Assembly (NCBI GenBank): GCA_964628295.1
Contig: CAZVLS010000002.1
Coordinates: 681,565-745,564 of the forward strand
Reading direction: 5' to 3'
DNA length: 64,000 nt
From: an uncultured Acidobacterium sp.
GTDB lineage: Bacteria > Acidobacteriota > Vicinamibacteria > Vicinamibacterales > UBA2999
The translations under genes were made by a program, and so were the position numbers. Shown here piece by piece: positions 1 through 11,175 of this stretch. The notes under the pieces were generated by a model. It saw only the letters and a program-made list of their open reading frames with translations, had not been told where the DNA came from and searched no databases. Position 1 is the first letter of the stretch; every line of letters begins with the position of its first letter.

Positions 1-1134
1 CAACTGATCGGGCGATTTCTCGCGCTCCTTCTGATCCTTGAAGGTGTAGATCTGGTAGTCGTCGAACGACGCGTCCCACGGACGCTGAATCAGCCGGCCG
101 CTGGGCGTGTAGTAACGCGCCGTGGTCAACGCGAGACCTGCGCCGCCGCTCACGCGATACACCGACTGCACCAGCGCCTTGCCGAAGGTCGTCTCACCGA
201 CGACGAGCGAACGATCGTAGTCCTGCAACGCGCCGGAGACGATTTCAGAGGCGCTCGCGCTGTTGCGATTGACGAGCGTTACCATCGGGATCGTCAGGTA
301 GTCCGGCGTATCCGTGGCGCGATAGTCCGAATCCGAATTCGGCACGCGGCCGCGGGTGTAGACGACCATCGAGCCCTTCGGCACGAAACGGTTGGTGATG
401 CGAATGGCCTGATCAAGCTGCCCGCCGGGGTTGCCGCGCAGGTCGAGCACCAGGCGTTTCATGCCCTTCTTGGTGAGTGCCTCGAGGGCCGTGCCGAGAT
501 CTTCATCGGTGTGCTCGGCGAAGTCGGTGACGCCGACGTAGCCGGTGTCCTTGTCGATCATGAACGAGGCCGACAAACTCGGGATGCTCACCTGATCGCG
601 CATGACGCGCATTTCGAGCATCCGTTCAAAACCCTTGCGCCGCACGCCGATGTTGACGAACGTGCCCTTCGGTCCCTTCAGCTTGTTGACGGTCGCTTCC
701 GTCGTCCAGCCCTTGGCGCTGACGCCCTCGACCTCCGCGATCACGTCACCGCGGCGGATGCCGTTTTGAAACGCCGGCGAGCCTTCGAACACGCGGACGG
801 CGGTGATGTCGTCGTTGATGGACTGAATGGTGAGGCCGAGGCCGTAGTACCGCCCTTCCTGGCGTTCACGCATCTGCGCATAGGTCCGCGGATCCATGAA
901 GCTCGAATGCGGATCGAGCGTCTGGAGCATGCCGTTGATCGCGCTGTAGACCATCCGGTCGGATTCGACCGGTTCGGCGTACTGCGTCTGGATGGCTGTC
1001 AGTGCCGCCGTAAACGTCTTGTAGTGGTTCGGGACGGTTTCAGTGGTGGCAAGGGCGCTTTTCCCGAAAACCCCGCCGGCAAGGGCGGAAATCAGGATCG
1101 CCAGAAGGGCTGCAACGGTCGATCGGCTGCGCAT
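1..1134 (-). CDS. ctpA: Carboxyl-terminal processing protease, S41A family (3' end outside window)
   Basis: Hand translation from ATG 1134: MRSRSTVAALLAIL signal, LDPHS, PDZ region, DLRGNPGG, and ASASEIVSGALQD..GETTFGKA catalytic motifs; frame open to the window edge. Confidence 0.9.
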   Translation of the reverse strand, partial: MRSRSTVAALLAILISALAGGVFGKSALATTETVPNHYKTFTAALTAIQTQYAEPVESDRMVYSAINGMLQTLDPHSSFMDPRTYAQMRERQEGRYYGLGLTIQSINDDITAVRVFEGSPAFQNGIRRGDVIAEVEGVSAKGWTTEATVNKLKGPKGTFVNIGVRRKGFERMLEMRVMRDQVSIPSLSASFMIDKDTGYVGVTDFAEHTDEDLGTALEALTKKGMKRLVLDLRGNPGGQLDQAIRITNRFVPKGSMVVYTRGRVPNSDSDYRATDTPDYLTIPMVTLVNRNSASASEIVSGALQDYDRSLVVGETTFGKALVQSVYRVSGGAGLALTTARYYTPSGRLIQRPWDASFDDYQIYTFKDQKEREKSPDQL

Positions 1135-1283
1135 AGGTGATGGTAACAAACCTCCCCGCCAGAGGCGGGGAAAACGACACGGTGAACGCGGCTGAGCGCC
1201 CTGGGCGAAGCCGCGCTATACTCAATGGCTTAGACGTTTTCGGCCGGAATTCGGCCGTCCCAGCAGTCTGAGGGAGCAATCAT

Positions 1284-1568
1284 ATGTTTGGTTCCATTGG
1301 CATGCCCGAGCTCATCATCATCCTGGTGATTGCGCTCATCATTTTTGGCCCCCGCAAACTCCCCGAGCTGGGTAAGTCCCTGGGCCGCAGCCTGAACGAG
1401 TTCAAGAAGGCCTCCACCGATCTGCAGAACACCCTCGAGCAGGAGATCAAGATCGAGGAGCAGAAGGAAACGGCCGCCAAGGTGAAGGCCGAGCAGGACA
1501 CGGCTGACGCCGCCTTCGACAAGAACGATCAGAACCAACCGCCGTCGCAGACCGTCGCGCGCTCGTAG
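1284..1568 (+). CDS. tatA: Twin-arginine translocase subunit TatA/E
   Basis: MFGSIGMPELIIILVIALIIFGPRKLPELGKSLG, canonical TatA N-terminus; GAGGGAG RBS upstream. Confidence 0.93.
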   Translation: MFGSIGMPELIIILVIALIIFGPRKLPELGKSLGRSLNEFKKASTDLQNTLEQEIKIEEQKETAAKVKAEQDTADAAFDKNDQNQPPSQTVARS

Positions 1569-1600
1569 GCACCGTCGGCACTTCAGGCATCCTAGTCACC

Positions 1601-2434
1601 TTGGCGCTAGTTCCGTTCCCGAGTCAGAACCGCAACGACGAGGAGAATCTCCCTGCGAAGGGCGGCTTCTCGCCATTTGGTGAAGAGGAAGAGCCAGTCG
1701 GCGAAGGCCGCATGACGTTCCTTGAGCACCTCGACGAGCTGCGCAAGCGCATCACGCACGCCGTCGGCGCGCTGTTCGTCGGGTTCATGATCGCGTTCGC
1801 GTTCATCGGGCGGGTCGAAGAATTCATCTACAAGCGACTGACGACCGACATCCCAGGCGGCAAGCTGATCTTCACGGAACCCAGTGAAGCCTTCATGCTG
1901 ATGCTGAAGATGGCGGCACTGGTCGGCGTGCTGATCGCGTCGCCGTACATCATGTTGCAGGTGTGGCTGTTCATTGCGCCAGGCCTCTACGCGAAGGAAA
2001 AGAAGCTCGCGATTCCATTCGTGCTCTTTTCATCGACGCTCTTCATCGCCGGCGCCGCGTTCTCGCACTACTTCGTGTTCCCTGCGGCGTGGACGTTCTT
2101 CGCGGGCTTTTCCAACGACTTCATCTCGTTCACACCGCGCATCGATCCGGTATTCGGGATGTACGTGAAGCTGATGTTGGGAATCGGCCTGACGTTCCAG
2201 TTGCCAGTCGTGATGTTCGTGCTCGCGCGGCTGGGGATTGTCACCGCATCCTTCCTGACGCGGAACTTCAAGTACGCCGTGCTATTCATCTTCATCTTTG
2301 CCGCGGTCATCACACCTGATGCAAACCCGGTGACCCAGATCCTGGTCGCAGGCCCAATGGTCGGGCTCTACCTGATAGGCACTGCAGTCGCGTGGCTTTT
2401 TGGGAAATCCAAAAAAACGGATCAGGACGAGTAA
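1601..2434 (+). CDS. tatC: Twin-arginine translocase subunit TatC
   Basis: MTFLEHLDELRKR motif, ~6 TM segments, APGLY..EK, ITPD..TQ; follows tatA; exact start uncertain. Confidence 0.95.
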   Translation: MALVPFPSQNRNDEENLPAKGGFSPFGEEEEPVGEGRMTFLEHLDELRKRITHAVGALFVGFMIAFAFIGRVEEFIYKRLTTDIPGGKLIFTEPSEAFMLMLKMAALVGVLIASPYIMLQVWLFIAPGLYAKEKKLAIPFVLFSSTLFIAGAAFSHYFVFPAAWTFFAGFSNDFISFTPRIDPVFGMYVKLMLGIGLTFQLPVVMFVLARLGIVTASFLTRNFKYAVLFIFIFAAVITPDANPVTQILVAGPMVGLYLIGTAVAWLFGKSKKTDQDE

Positions 2435-2493
2435 ATCCGGCTAACCCCTCCGGTTAGTTTGACTTCGGGTAATTCCGGCTCTACACTCTCTGT

Positions 2494-4122
2494 ATGAAAA
2501 TCCTTCGCCATTTGGCGATTGGCCTAACGCTGAGTTTGGTCTGTACAAATCTTGTGTGGGCCCAGGATAGCCGGCCCGCCGGCAGCAGCACCGTCGGCGA
2601 TACGGGCATCTGGTTCACCTCCCTTGGCGAAACGCTCCCGAAGGGCAAGTGGAGCGGCGGCATCCAGCTCGTGAACGCCGATCGCAGCGAGGGTTTTAGC
2701 GACATCACCGACATCGGCCCGATGTTCGCGTTCGGCGCGACCGATCGCATTGAAATTTTCGGTGCCTTCTCGTATCGCCGTATCGACGCGGACCTCGTGC
2801 CTGTCGCGAAGAACGGCCAACCTCAGGATTACCTGATCCAGAAGGGCTGGAGCACCGGCCTCGGCGACGCATGGGTTGGCGCCAAGTTCAACATCACGTC
2901 GCAGGCCGCCGGCAACGGTGTCGCCACTGCTGTTCGCGTGATGGCCAAGCTGCCCATGGCCAGCCGCGAAGACGGCCTGGGCACGCGCAAGCCCGACTTC
3001 CAGTTCGACCTGATCGGCTCGCGTGAATTCGCACAGAAGCTCGAGCTCACCGCCAACGCCGGCGTGAAGCTCCGCGGCCAGCCTGATGGCTACAACCTGA
3101 CCCCCGGCTTCAAGTGGGGCATCGGCGGCGCGTTCCCGAGCCGCACGAAGTTCCGCATGATCGCCGAGATGTACGGCGAGGCGCTCTTCGACCAGTCTCA
3201 GACCTTCAGCGGCAGCCCCGTTCCGCCGGGCATGCCGAGCGAATGGGATCCGGACGCGACCCGCGACATCTTCGGTGGATTCCAGTTCAACGCCAGCAAC
3301 GGCATCTACGTCGGCGCCGGCGTGAGCTACACCGCATCGTACTTCCTGCATCGCCGTGACTTCACGGTGTCGGAAGACAGCGACTTCGATCGCCTCGGCC
3401 TGCAACTGCGTTTCGGATATCACCCGGCCGGCGTGAAGAACTACGGGCCGCCCGCGGTCACGGTGAACCCGACGGCCCCGACAACGCCCGCCATGCCGCC
3501 CAACCGGGCGCCGACAGTGAAGGCGCGCTGCGAACCTTGCACGGTTGAAATCGGCCGTCAGCTGACCGCATCGGCCGACGCACAGGATCCGGACGGCGAC
3601 ACGCTCCGCTACCGCTGGACCAGCCCGACCGGTTCGTTCGGCAACGCCAACGATCGCCAGACGCCGTGGACGGCGCCCGGCCAGATCGGCGCAGTGCCGC
3701 TGACCATCACGGTTGACGACGGCAAGGGCCTGACCGCGACCGACACGGTGACCGTGCAGGTGATTGCGCCGGCGCCCAAGCGCCAGATGACCTTCGAGGA
3801 CGTGCACTTCGAATTCGACCGTTACTCGCTGCGCGCGGAAGCGACTCGCATCCTCGACGAAGCGGTAAAGGCGATGCAGGATGACGCCAACCTCCGCTTC
3901 ACGGTTGAAGGCCATACCTGCAACATCGGCACGACCGAATACAACCTGGCCCTCGGTGAGCGCCGCTCGGCTGCGGTGCGCGACTACCTGACGAGCCGCG
4001 GCATCGACGCCAGCCGCGTGCAGACAGTGAGCTACGGTGAAGAGCGCCCGAAGCACGACAACAGCCGCGAAGAGACGCGCCGGCTGAACCGCCGCGCCGC
4101 ACTGACCATCAGATTGCAGTAG
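2494..4122 (+). CDS. OmpA-family outer-membrane protein: N-terminal barrel-like region, Pro-rich linker, PKD/Ig-like domain, C-terminal OmpA/Pal peptidoglycan-binding domain
   Basis: Signal peptide; C-terminal VHFEFDRY..VEGHTCNIGTTEYNLALGERRS..VSYGEERP..NRR motif; DPDGDTLRYRW PKD-like motif. Confidence 0.85.
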   Translation: MKILRHLAIGLTLSLVCTNLVWAQDSRPAGSSTVGDTGIWFTSLGETLPKGKWSGGIQLVNADRSEGFSDITDIGPMFAFGATDRIEIFGAFSYRRIDADLVPVAKNGQPQDYLIQKGWSTGLGDAWVGAKFNITSQAAGNGVATAVRVMAKLPMASREDGLGTRKPDFQFDLIGSREFAQKLELTANAGVKLRGQPDGYNLTPGFKWGIGGAFPSRTKFRMIAEMYGEALFDQSQTFSGSPVPPGMPSEWDPDATRDIFGGFQFNASNGIYVGAGVSYTASYFLHRRDFTVSEDSDFDRLGLQLRFGYHPAGVKNYGPPAVTVNPTAPTTPAMPPNRAPTVKARCEPCTVEIGRQLTASADAQDPDGDTLRYRWTSPTGSFGNANDRQTPWTAPGQIGAVPLTITVDDGKGLTATDTVTVQVIAPAPKRQMTFEDVHFEFDRYSLRAEATRILDEAVKAMQDDANLRFTVEGHTCNIGTTEYNLALGERRSAAVRDYLTSRGIDASRVQTVSYGEERPKHDNSREETRRLNRRAALTIRLQ

Positions 4123-4158
4123 GGGAAATCCGAAATCCGCTCGATCTGAAATCCGAGA

Positions 4159-4638
4159 TCAAAGAAGGGCCAGGAGCCGATCAAGAAACGGCGACTGGCC
4201 CTTTAATATTTTCACCCGCGCTTCTTCGATTGAAAACCACTCCGCGCGATCGATCTCAGGAAACTCCCCCATCCGTCCAGACTTCGGCGGCCACTCCATC
4301 GAGAACAGATTGCTCTTCACCGTGGTGACGTCGAAATCCGATTCCGCGGCCCAGGCGTGGATGATCTTGCCGCTGGGTTGCTTGAGAGTGCCGAGCGGCT
4401 GAAAGTCTCCGGTGGGCTTGGAACCCATCTCCTCCTCAAATTCGCGCTTGGCAGCATCGAGGGGCGCTTCGCTGTCGGTGAATTGGCCTTTGGGAAGGGT
4501 CCACGCGCCATCATCCTTGCGAGCCCATAAGGGCCCGCCGGGGTGCGCAAGCAGCACCTCGAGCGTCTCGTGGCCGCCGGCCCCGGCCGAAGTCGAAAGG
4601 CGGCGATACAGGAGGATGCCCGCGGCCTGCTTCGGCAT
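4159..4638 (-). CDS. NUDIX hydrolase
   Basis: Nudix box PKGQFTDSEAPLDAAKREFEEEMG; start MPKQAAG at 4638 overlaps the upstream stop (TGATG). Confidence 0.85.
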   Translation of the reverse strand: MPKQAAGILLYRRLSTSAGAGGHETLEVLLAHPGGPLWARKDDGAWTLPKGQFTDSEAPLDAAKREFEEEMGSKPTGDFQPLGTLKQPSGKIIHAWAAESDFDVTTVKSNLFSMEWPPKSGRMGEFPEIDRAEWFSIEEARVKILKGQSPFLDRLLALL

Positions 4639-4991
4639 CAGAGATCGACGAGGACCGTGAAGCCACCCCACGACATCCGCTTGTGATCGAACGGCATGTC
4701 GTCAGGTCCCTGCAACCTGGGGTCGGCCATCACCTTCTTGTTGACGGCGTTGCGATGCGCTTTGGACTTGTACGTGATCCACGAGAACACGACCACTTCG
4801 CCCGGCTTGACCTTCGCCACCTGCGGAAAGGCCCTGCCCATGCCGTTCGGAACTTCGTCGATCACCGTCTCGACGAATTCGAGGGCGCCGTGTTCGCGCC
4901 AGACCTTGCCGGCTTTGCTGGCGAGCGCTTTGTACGCCGCGATCTTTTTCTTCGGAACCGCGAGCAGAAACCCGTCTACATAACGTGCCAT
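4638..4991 (-). CDS. DUF1428 (YbaA-like) protein
   Basis: YVDGFLLAVPKK...VVFSWITYKS...NKKVMADPRL...PFDHKRMSWGGF resembles the YbaA/DUF1428 family; GGGAGG RBS. Confidence 0.8.
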   Translation of the reverse strand: MARYVDGFLLAVPKKKIAAYKALASKAGKVWREHGALEFVETVIDEVPNGMGRAFPQVAKVKPGEVVVFSWITYKSKAHRNAVNKKVMADPRLQGPDDMPFDHKRMSWGGFTVLVDL

Positions 4992-5006
4992 TGGCAGCCT
5001 CCCGGC

Positions 5007-6470
5007 TTAATACGCCTTCGCAAACCAGGCCGACACCGTCGCCGGCTTGCCGCACTTGATGCAGGGCTTGCCCGGCGCCTGTTCGTATCCCTTCGGGATG
5101 TTGCGAATGGTCGCCTGCGTTTCGGTCTTGATGTCCGCCTCGCACTTGGCGTCGCCGCACCAGGGTGAAATCACGAACCCCGGGCGTCCTTCCATCGTCG
5201 ACTTGAACTCGTCGTACGAATCGGTGCGCGAGGTGTGGTCGTCGCGGAACTTCTTCGCGCGATCGAGCAGCGCCTGCTGAATCTCGTCGAGCATCGCCGT
5301 GATCGCATCGGCGAGGCCGTCCATCGGCATCGACGCCTTGCTGCGCGTGTCGCGACGGGCGGCAAAGACCGCGTTCTTTTCGATGTCCTTCGGCCCGATC
5401 TCGAGGCGCAGCGGCACGCCGCGCATCTCGTACTCGGCGAACTTCCAGCCGGGCGTCTGGCTTTCATCCGCATCCAGCTTCACGCGGATGCCCGCGGCCG
5501 AGAGTTGGTCGCGGATCTCCTCGCACTTCGGCAGCACGGTCTCTTTCCAGTTGCCGCGCGGGATCGGCACGATCACCACCTGGTACGGCGCGATCTTCGG
5601 CGGCAGGATCAAGCCGCTGTCGTCACCGTGCGTCATGATCACGGCGCCGATCAGGCGCGTCGTCACGCCCCACGACGTCGTCCATGCGTACTGCACCGTC
5701 TTGTCGCGGCCCTGGAACTGGATCTCAAAAGCCTTGGCGAAATTCTGACCGAGGTTGTGGGAGGTGCCGGCCTGCAAGGCGCGACCATCGCCCATCAGCG
5801 CTTCGATCGAGTAGGTTTTCGACGCCCCGGCGAACTTTTCGCTCTCACTCTTCTGACCGTCAATGACCGGAACGGCGAGGACGTTTTCGCAGACGTCCTT
5901 GTAGAGCGCGAGGATCTTCATCGTCTCTTCCTGCGCTTCTTCGGCGGTCTCGTGCGCGGTGTGGCCTTCCTGCCAGAGGAATTCGGTGGTGCGCAGGAAC
6001 GGACGCGTGACCTTCTCCCAGCGTACGACGTTGGCCCACTGGTTGATCAGCAACGGCAGGTCGCGCCACGACTGGATCCACTTCTGGTACATGACGCCGA
6101 TGATCGTTTCCGACGTCGGGCGAATGATCAGCTTCTCGGCCAGGTCCTCGTCGCCACCCTTGGTGACCCAGGCCACCTGCGGCGCGAAGCCCTCGACATG
6201 CTCTTTCTCTTTGAGCAACAGGCTTTCGGGAATCAGCAGCGGGAAGTACGCGTTGACGTGGCCGGTGGCCTTGATGCGGGTATCGAGCTCGCGTTGCAGG
6301 TGCTCCCACATGGCGTAGCCGTACGGCCGGATCACCATGAAGCCCTTCACCGGCGAGTAGTCGGCAAGTTCCGCCTTGCGGACCACGTCGATATACCACT
6401 TCGAGAAATCGACCGACTGCTTGGTGATCTCAGTAACGAACGCGTCTTCCTGTTTTCCAGCCATATTCAA
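5007..6470 (-). CDS. proS: Prolyl-tRNA synthetase, archaeal/eukaryote-like type
   Basis: IRPTSET, FLRTTEFLWQEGHT, QAGTSHNLGQNF, SWGVTTRLIGA; C-terminal C..C..CxxC zinc domain ending F(A)KAY; no insertion editing domain. Confidence 0.95.
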   Translation of the reverse strand: MNMAGKQEDAFVTEITKQSVDFSKWYIDVVRKAELADYSPVKGFMVIRPYGYAMWEHLQRELDTRIKATGHVNAYFPLLIPESLLLKEKEHVEGFAPQVAWVTKGGDEDLAEKLIIRPTSETIIGVMYQKWIQSWRDLPLLINQWANVVRWEKVTRPFLRTTEFLWQEGHTAHETAEEAQEETMKILALYKDVCENVLAVPVIDGQKSESEKFAGASKTYSIEALMGDGRALQAGTSHNLGQNFAKAFEIQFQGRDKTVQYAWTTSWGVTTRLIGAVIMTHGDDSGLILPPKIAPYQVVIVPIPRGNWKETVLPKCEEIRDQLSAAGIRVKLDADESQTPGWKFAEYEMRGVPLRLEIGPKDIEKNAVFAARRDTRSKASMPMDGLADAITAMLDEIQQALLDRAKKFRDDHTSRTDSYDEFKSTMEGRPGFVISPWCGDAKCEADIKTETQATIRNIPKGYEQAPGKPCIKCGKPATVSAWFAKAY

Positions 6471-6502
6471 TGTGTAAGTAATCCGAAATCCGAGTCCCGC
6501 TA

Positions 6503-8044
6503 TCAGAAGTCTCGTGAGTCGCCGAGGTGAATCCTAAATTTTACGTCATCTCGCGACGGAAAGTCGGACCGGGCATGACTGCCGCGCGTTTCCTCGCGCC
6601 GCAAGGCGGCACGCGCCATCAATCGGCCGACGGTGACCAGTGCGGCCACCCGGCCTCGATCGTCTCCAAGGGCGGCGTACCACTCGTCCAGCGCCTCGAA
6701 GGCCGTGGCCAGCAATGCCTCCTCGCGCCACAGCCCCACCGAATTCCACATCAGCCCCCGCACATCCGCTTCATTGGGACCTGCCCCCAAACGTCGCACC
6801 GCCCGAATGGGGCCTGACCCCAAATGCGACACTGGGGTAGCAAGAAGTGAGAAGGGGGCGATGTTTTCGCCAGGTAGCAGCATGGCCTGGGCCGCGCGGG
6901 CGCCGAAGACCAGGCCTTCCAGCAGCGAGTTGCTCGCCAGGCGGTTGGCGCCGTGAACGCCCGTGCAGGCAACCTCGCCGGCCGCATAGAGGCCCAGCAA
7001 GGTCGTCCGGCCCCAAAGATCAGTCTCGACGCCACCCATCACATAGTGCGCGGCCGGACCAACCGGGATGCGATCGGTCCCGAGGTCGAGTCCGACCGAG
7101 CGGCACGCCTCGGCGATCGTCGGGAATCGCGCACGTGTCCACTCGGGGTCGTGCTTGGCCATCGAAAGGTACACGGGCGCCTTGGTCCGTTGCTGTTCGC
7201 GAACCATGGCGCGGGACACGAGATCGCGGGAGGCCAGTTCCCCCTGCGGCTCGTAGCGTGTCATGAAGCGCTCACCCTGCGCGTTGAGCAGCTCCGCGCC
7301 TTCGCCTCTCAGCGCTTCGGATAGCAGGAAGCGAGGCGCGCCAGGCACATCGAGCGCGGTGGGATGAAACTGCACGAACTCCAGGTCTGTGACGCGCGCG
7401 CCCGCAAACCACGCGAGCATGACGCCGTCGCCGGTGGCGATCGAGGGATTGGTGGTTTCCCGGTAGATCTGTCCGGCGCCGCCGGTGGCGAGCAGCACCG
7501 CGGCCGCGTGGACCTCGTGGACACCTGATTCGTTGGTGACGCGCGCGCCGACGCAGCGGCCGTTGCGCACGATCAATTCATGCACGCGCGCGTTGCGCTC
7601 GACGCGCACGCGCGCCTGCTCGGCGACACGGTGCCAGAGCGCGCGGCCAATCTCGCGGCCGGTCGCGTCGGCGGCATGCAGCACGCGCCGGCGGCCGTGT
7701 GCGCCCTCGCGGCCAAGCGCGAGTCGCCCGTGCACGTCGCGCTCAAATTCCGCGCCCCAGGCCACGAGCTCCTCGACGTAGCGAACGCCGTCCTCGACCA
7801 AGACGTCGACAGCCGCGTCGATGCAGAGTCCGTCGCCGGCCGCGACCGTGTCGGCCGCGTGTTGCGCAGGCGTATCGCCTTCACCCACGGCCGCGGCGAT
7901 GCCGCCCTGGGCGTAACCCGTGTTGCTCTCGGTGGGATCGGCCTTGGTGAGAACCAGCACATCACCGGCCAGCGCCAGATCGGCAGCAGCGCGAAGACCG
8001 GCGATACCGCTGCCAATGATCAGGAAATCCGTGCGGCGCAGCAC
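6503..8044 (-). CDS. nadB: L-aspartate oxidase
   Basis: IIGSGIAGL FAD motif, AQGGIAA, EFVQFHPT, AAHYVMGG, GVHGANRLASNSLLE, ETRGSH; GTG start at 8044 chosen to avoid overlap with aroB. Confidence 0.93.
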   Translation of the reverse strand: MLRRTDFLIIGSGIAGLRAAADLALAGDVLVLTKADPTESNTGYAQGGIAAAVGEGDTPAQHAADTVAAGDGLCIDAAVDVLVEDGVRYVEELVAWGAEFERDVHGRLALGREGAHGRRRVLHAADATGREIGRALWHRVAEQARVRVERNARVHELIVRNGRCVGARVTNESGVHEVHAAAVLLATGGAGQIYRETTNPSIATGDGVMLAWFAGARVTDLEFVQFHPTALDVPGAPRFLLSEALRGEGAELLNAQGERFMTRYEPQGELASRDLVSRAMVREQQRTKAPVYLSMAKHDPEWTRARFPTIAEACRSVGLDLGTDRIPVGPAAHYVMGGVETDLWGRTTLLGLYAAGEVACTGVHGANRLASNSLLEGLVFGARAAQAMLLPGENIAPFSLLATPVSHLGSGPIRAVRRLGAGPNEADVRGLMWNSVGLWREEALLATAFEALDEWYAALGDDRGRVAALVTVGRLMARAALRREETRGSHARSDFPSRDDVKFRIHLGDSRDF

Positions 8045-8065
8045 CGAATGGTATCCTACCATTCG
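8045..8065. promoter_or_regulatory. Palindromic bidirectional extended -10 promoter candidate between nadB and aroB
   Basis: CGAATGGTA-TCC-TACCATTCG is a perfect 9-bp inverted repeat; reads TGgTATCCT on + and TGgTAGGAT on -. Confidence 0.55.
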
Positions 8066-8066
8066 C

Positions 8067-9148
8067 ATGTCACAGACCCGAGTGACGGTGAAGGCCGCTG
8101 CGGGCTCCTATCCCGTCATCATCGGCCACGATTCGATCAAGACGCTGGGGCACGAGCTCGACGCGCTCAAACTCGGACCGAGGCGCATCCTCGTCTCGAG
8201 CCATCGCGTGTGGCAGTTCCACGGTCCGCTGTTCCGCCACTGCGGCGCCGAACGCACCCCGATCCTCGTCGAGGACGGTGAGCGCTACAAGAACCTGAAC
8301 ACCGTCGCCCGTGTCCTCGACGCGCTCGTCAAGGCCAAGGCCGATCGCTCAACCACGATCATCGCCGTTGGCGGCGGCGTGATCGGTGACCTGGTCGGCT
8401 TCTCGGCCGCGACCTACCTGCGCGGCATTCCCGTCGTGCACGTCCCAACGACGCTGCTGGCGCAGGTCGACAGTGCGATCGGCGGCAAGACCGGCGTGAA
8501 TCATCCGCTCGGCAAGAACCTGATCGGATCGTTTCACGCGCCGAGCCTGGTCGTCGCCGATCCGTTCGTCCTGCAGACGCTGCCCCGCCGTGAGTTCCGT
8601 GCCGGCCTGTATGAGGTGATCAAGTACGGCGTCATCCGCCAGCCGGATCTGCTGGATCGCATTCGCGATTCCGTCACGGCGATCTTCAATCGTGACGGCG
8701 CAGCGGTCACCCCGCTGGTGTCCGCCTCGTGCAGGATCAAGGCGGAAGTGGTCTCCGCTGACGAGCGCGAATCAGGGCTGCGGCGCATCCTCAACTTCGG
8801 TCACACCGTGGGCCATGCGCTTGAAGCGGTGACCAAGTACAAGCAGTTCCGCCATGGCGAGGCCGTCGGCTACGGCATCCTGGCAGCGCTCAATATCGGC
8901 GTCGCGCGCGGCGTCACCCCGAAGGCGCTGCTGAAAGAAGTGGAAACGCTCATCGCGCACCTCGGCCCGCTGCCGTCGGTGGCGGACCTGTCGGCGAAGG
9001 AAGTCTACGCGGCAATCGGCCGCGACAAGAAGATCGTCGCGGGCACGCTGCACTTCGTCGCCGCCGCCGAGCGCGGCAAGACGGTAGAACTGACGGATGT
9101 GACCGAGAAGGAAATCAAGGCGGCCGTCAGGAAGATCGGCCTGCGCGC

Positions 9149-9152
<4 letters not shown>
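8067..9152 (+). CDS. aroB: 3-dehydroquinate synthase
   Basis: GGGVIGDLVGF, PTTLLAQVDSAIGGKTGVN, EVIKY, LNFGHTVGHALE, HGEAV. Confidence 0.95.
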
Positions 9153-10521
<1,369 letters not shown>

Positions 10522-10525
<4 letters not shown>

Positions 10526-11112
10526 TGCCGCAGCCAGCCGGCCGGGACACCGGCGCGGCGCGCTTCGTCTTCAATGGCCTTGATCGCCTTGGTCTGCGTC
10601 TCGATTTCTTTCTTGACCTTCTCGAATTCGGCGAGCGCGGTATTGCGATCCGTTTCGATCTTGCTGCGCTGCGCGGGATCGTCCCGGTTCACGTATTCGG
10701 TCCGCAGCGCATTGATGCGGCTCTGCAATGAGTCGGCAAAGATCTGCGAGCGATCGAGCTGCGCGCGCGCCTCCTTCATGCGGCCGGACCAATAGGCCTG
10801 GTCCTGTGCCGGCGCCGGCTTGTCGGTCGCGGTCGCAGGGGTGGCGTTTGCCGGTGTCGCGTTGGCAGGCGTAGCGTTGGCCCCCGCCGTGGTCGCGGCC
10901 GACGGCGGCGGAGGGACGGCCCGTACGTAATCGGGACGCAGATCGGTGTTGGTGTAGGTCTTGGCCGGCTTGCGCACGCTCTTGCGCCGTGCCTCTTCGT
11001 CCTTGGCCACGTCCGCCAGCGGCCGCGTGCCAGTCGACACGGCGGTCTGTGCGGCGACAAGCGCCGCGACCCCGAGCGCCATAAGCGCGGTGATGGCAAA
11101 GACCCGTTTCAT
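10522..11112 (-). CDS. Secreted hypothetical protein with Pro/Ala/Thr linker (ANATP x3) and C-terminal coiled coil
   Basis: Signal peptide MKRVFAITALMALGVAALVAA; stop overlaps the start of the regulator; helical charged C-terminus. Confidence 0.7.
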
Positions 11113-11175
11113 GATGTTCTTATCGGCTGGAACCGACTTCCCCTGTGCAGATCGTACGACTCGGTCACAGACAAA

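Noticed and set aside
1153-1171. TCCCCGCC-AGA-GGCGGGGA hairpin upstream of ctpA as a riboswitch or attenuator
   Set aside because: A single short stem with no recognisable aptamer; function cannot be supported
1284-2434. tatA-tatC without tatB
   Set aside because: Minimal TatAC or a separately located tatB is common
2524-4056. 510-aa antisense ORF over the OmpA-family gene (likewise 5235-6530, 14177-15649, 17267-18820, 21658-23241, 27137-28648, 39345-41570, 55209-56990 and others)
   Set aside because: Shadow ORFs from GC-rich codon bias opposite well-supported genes; no motifs
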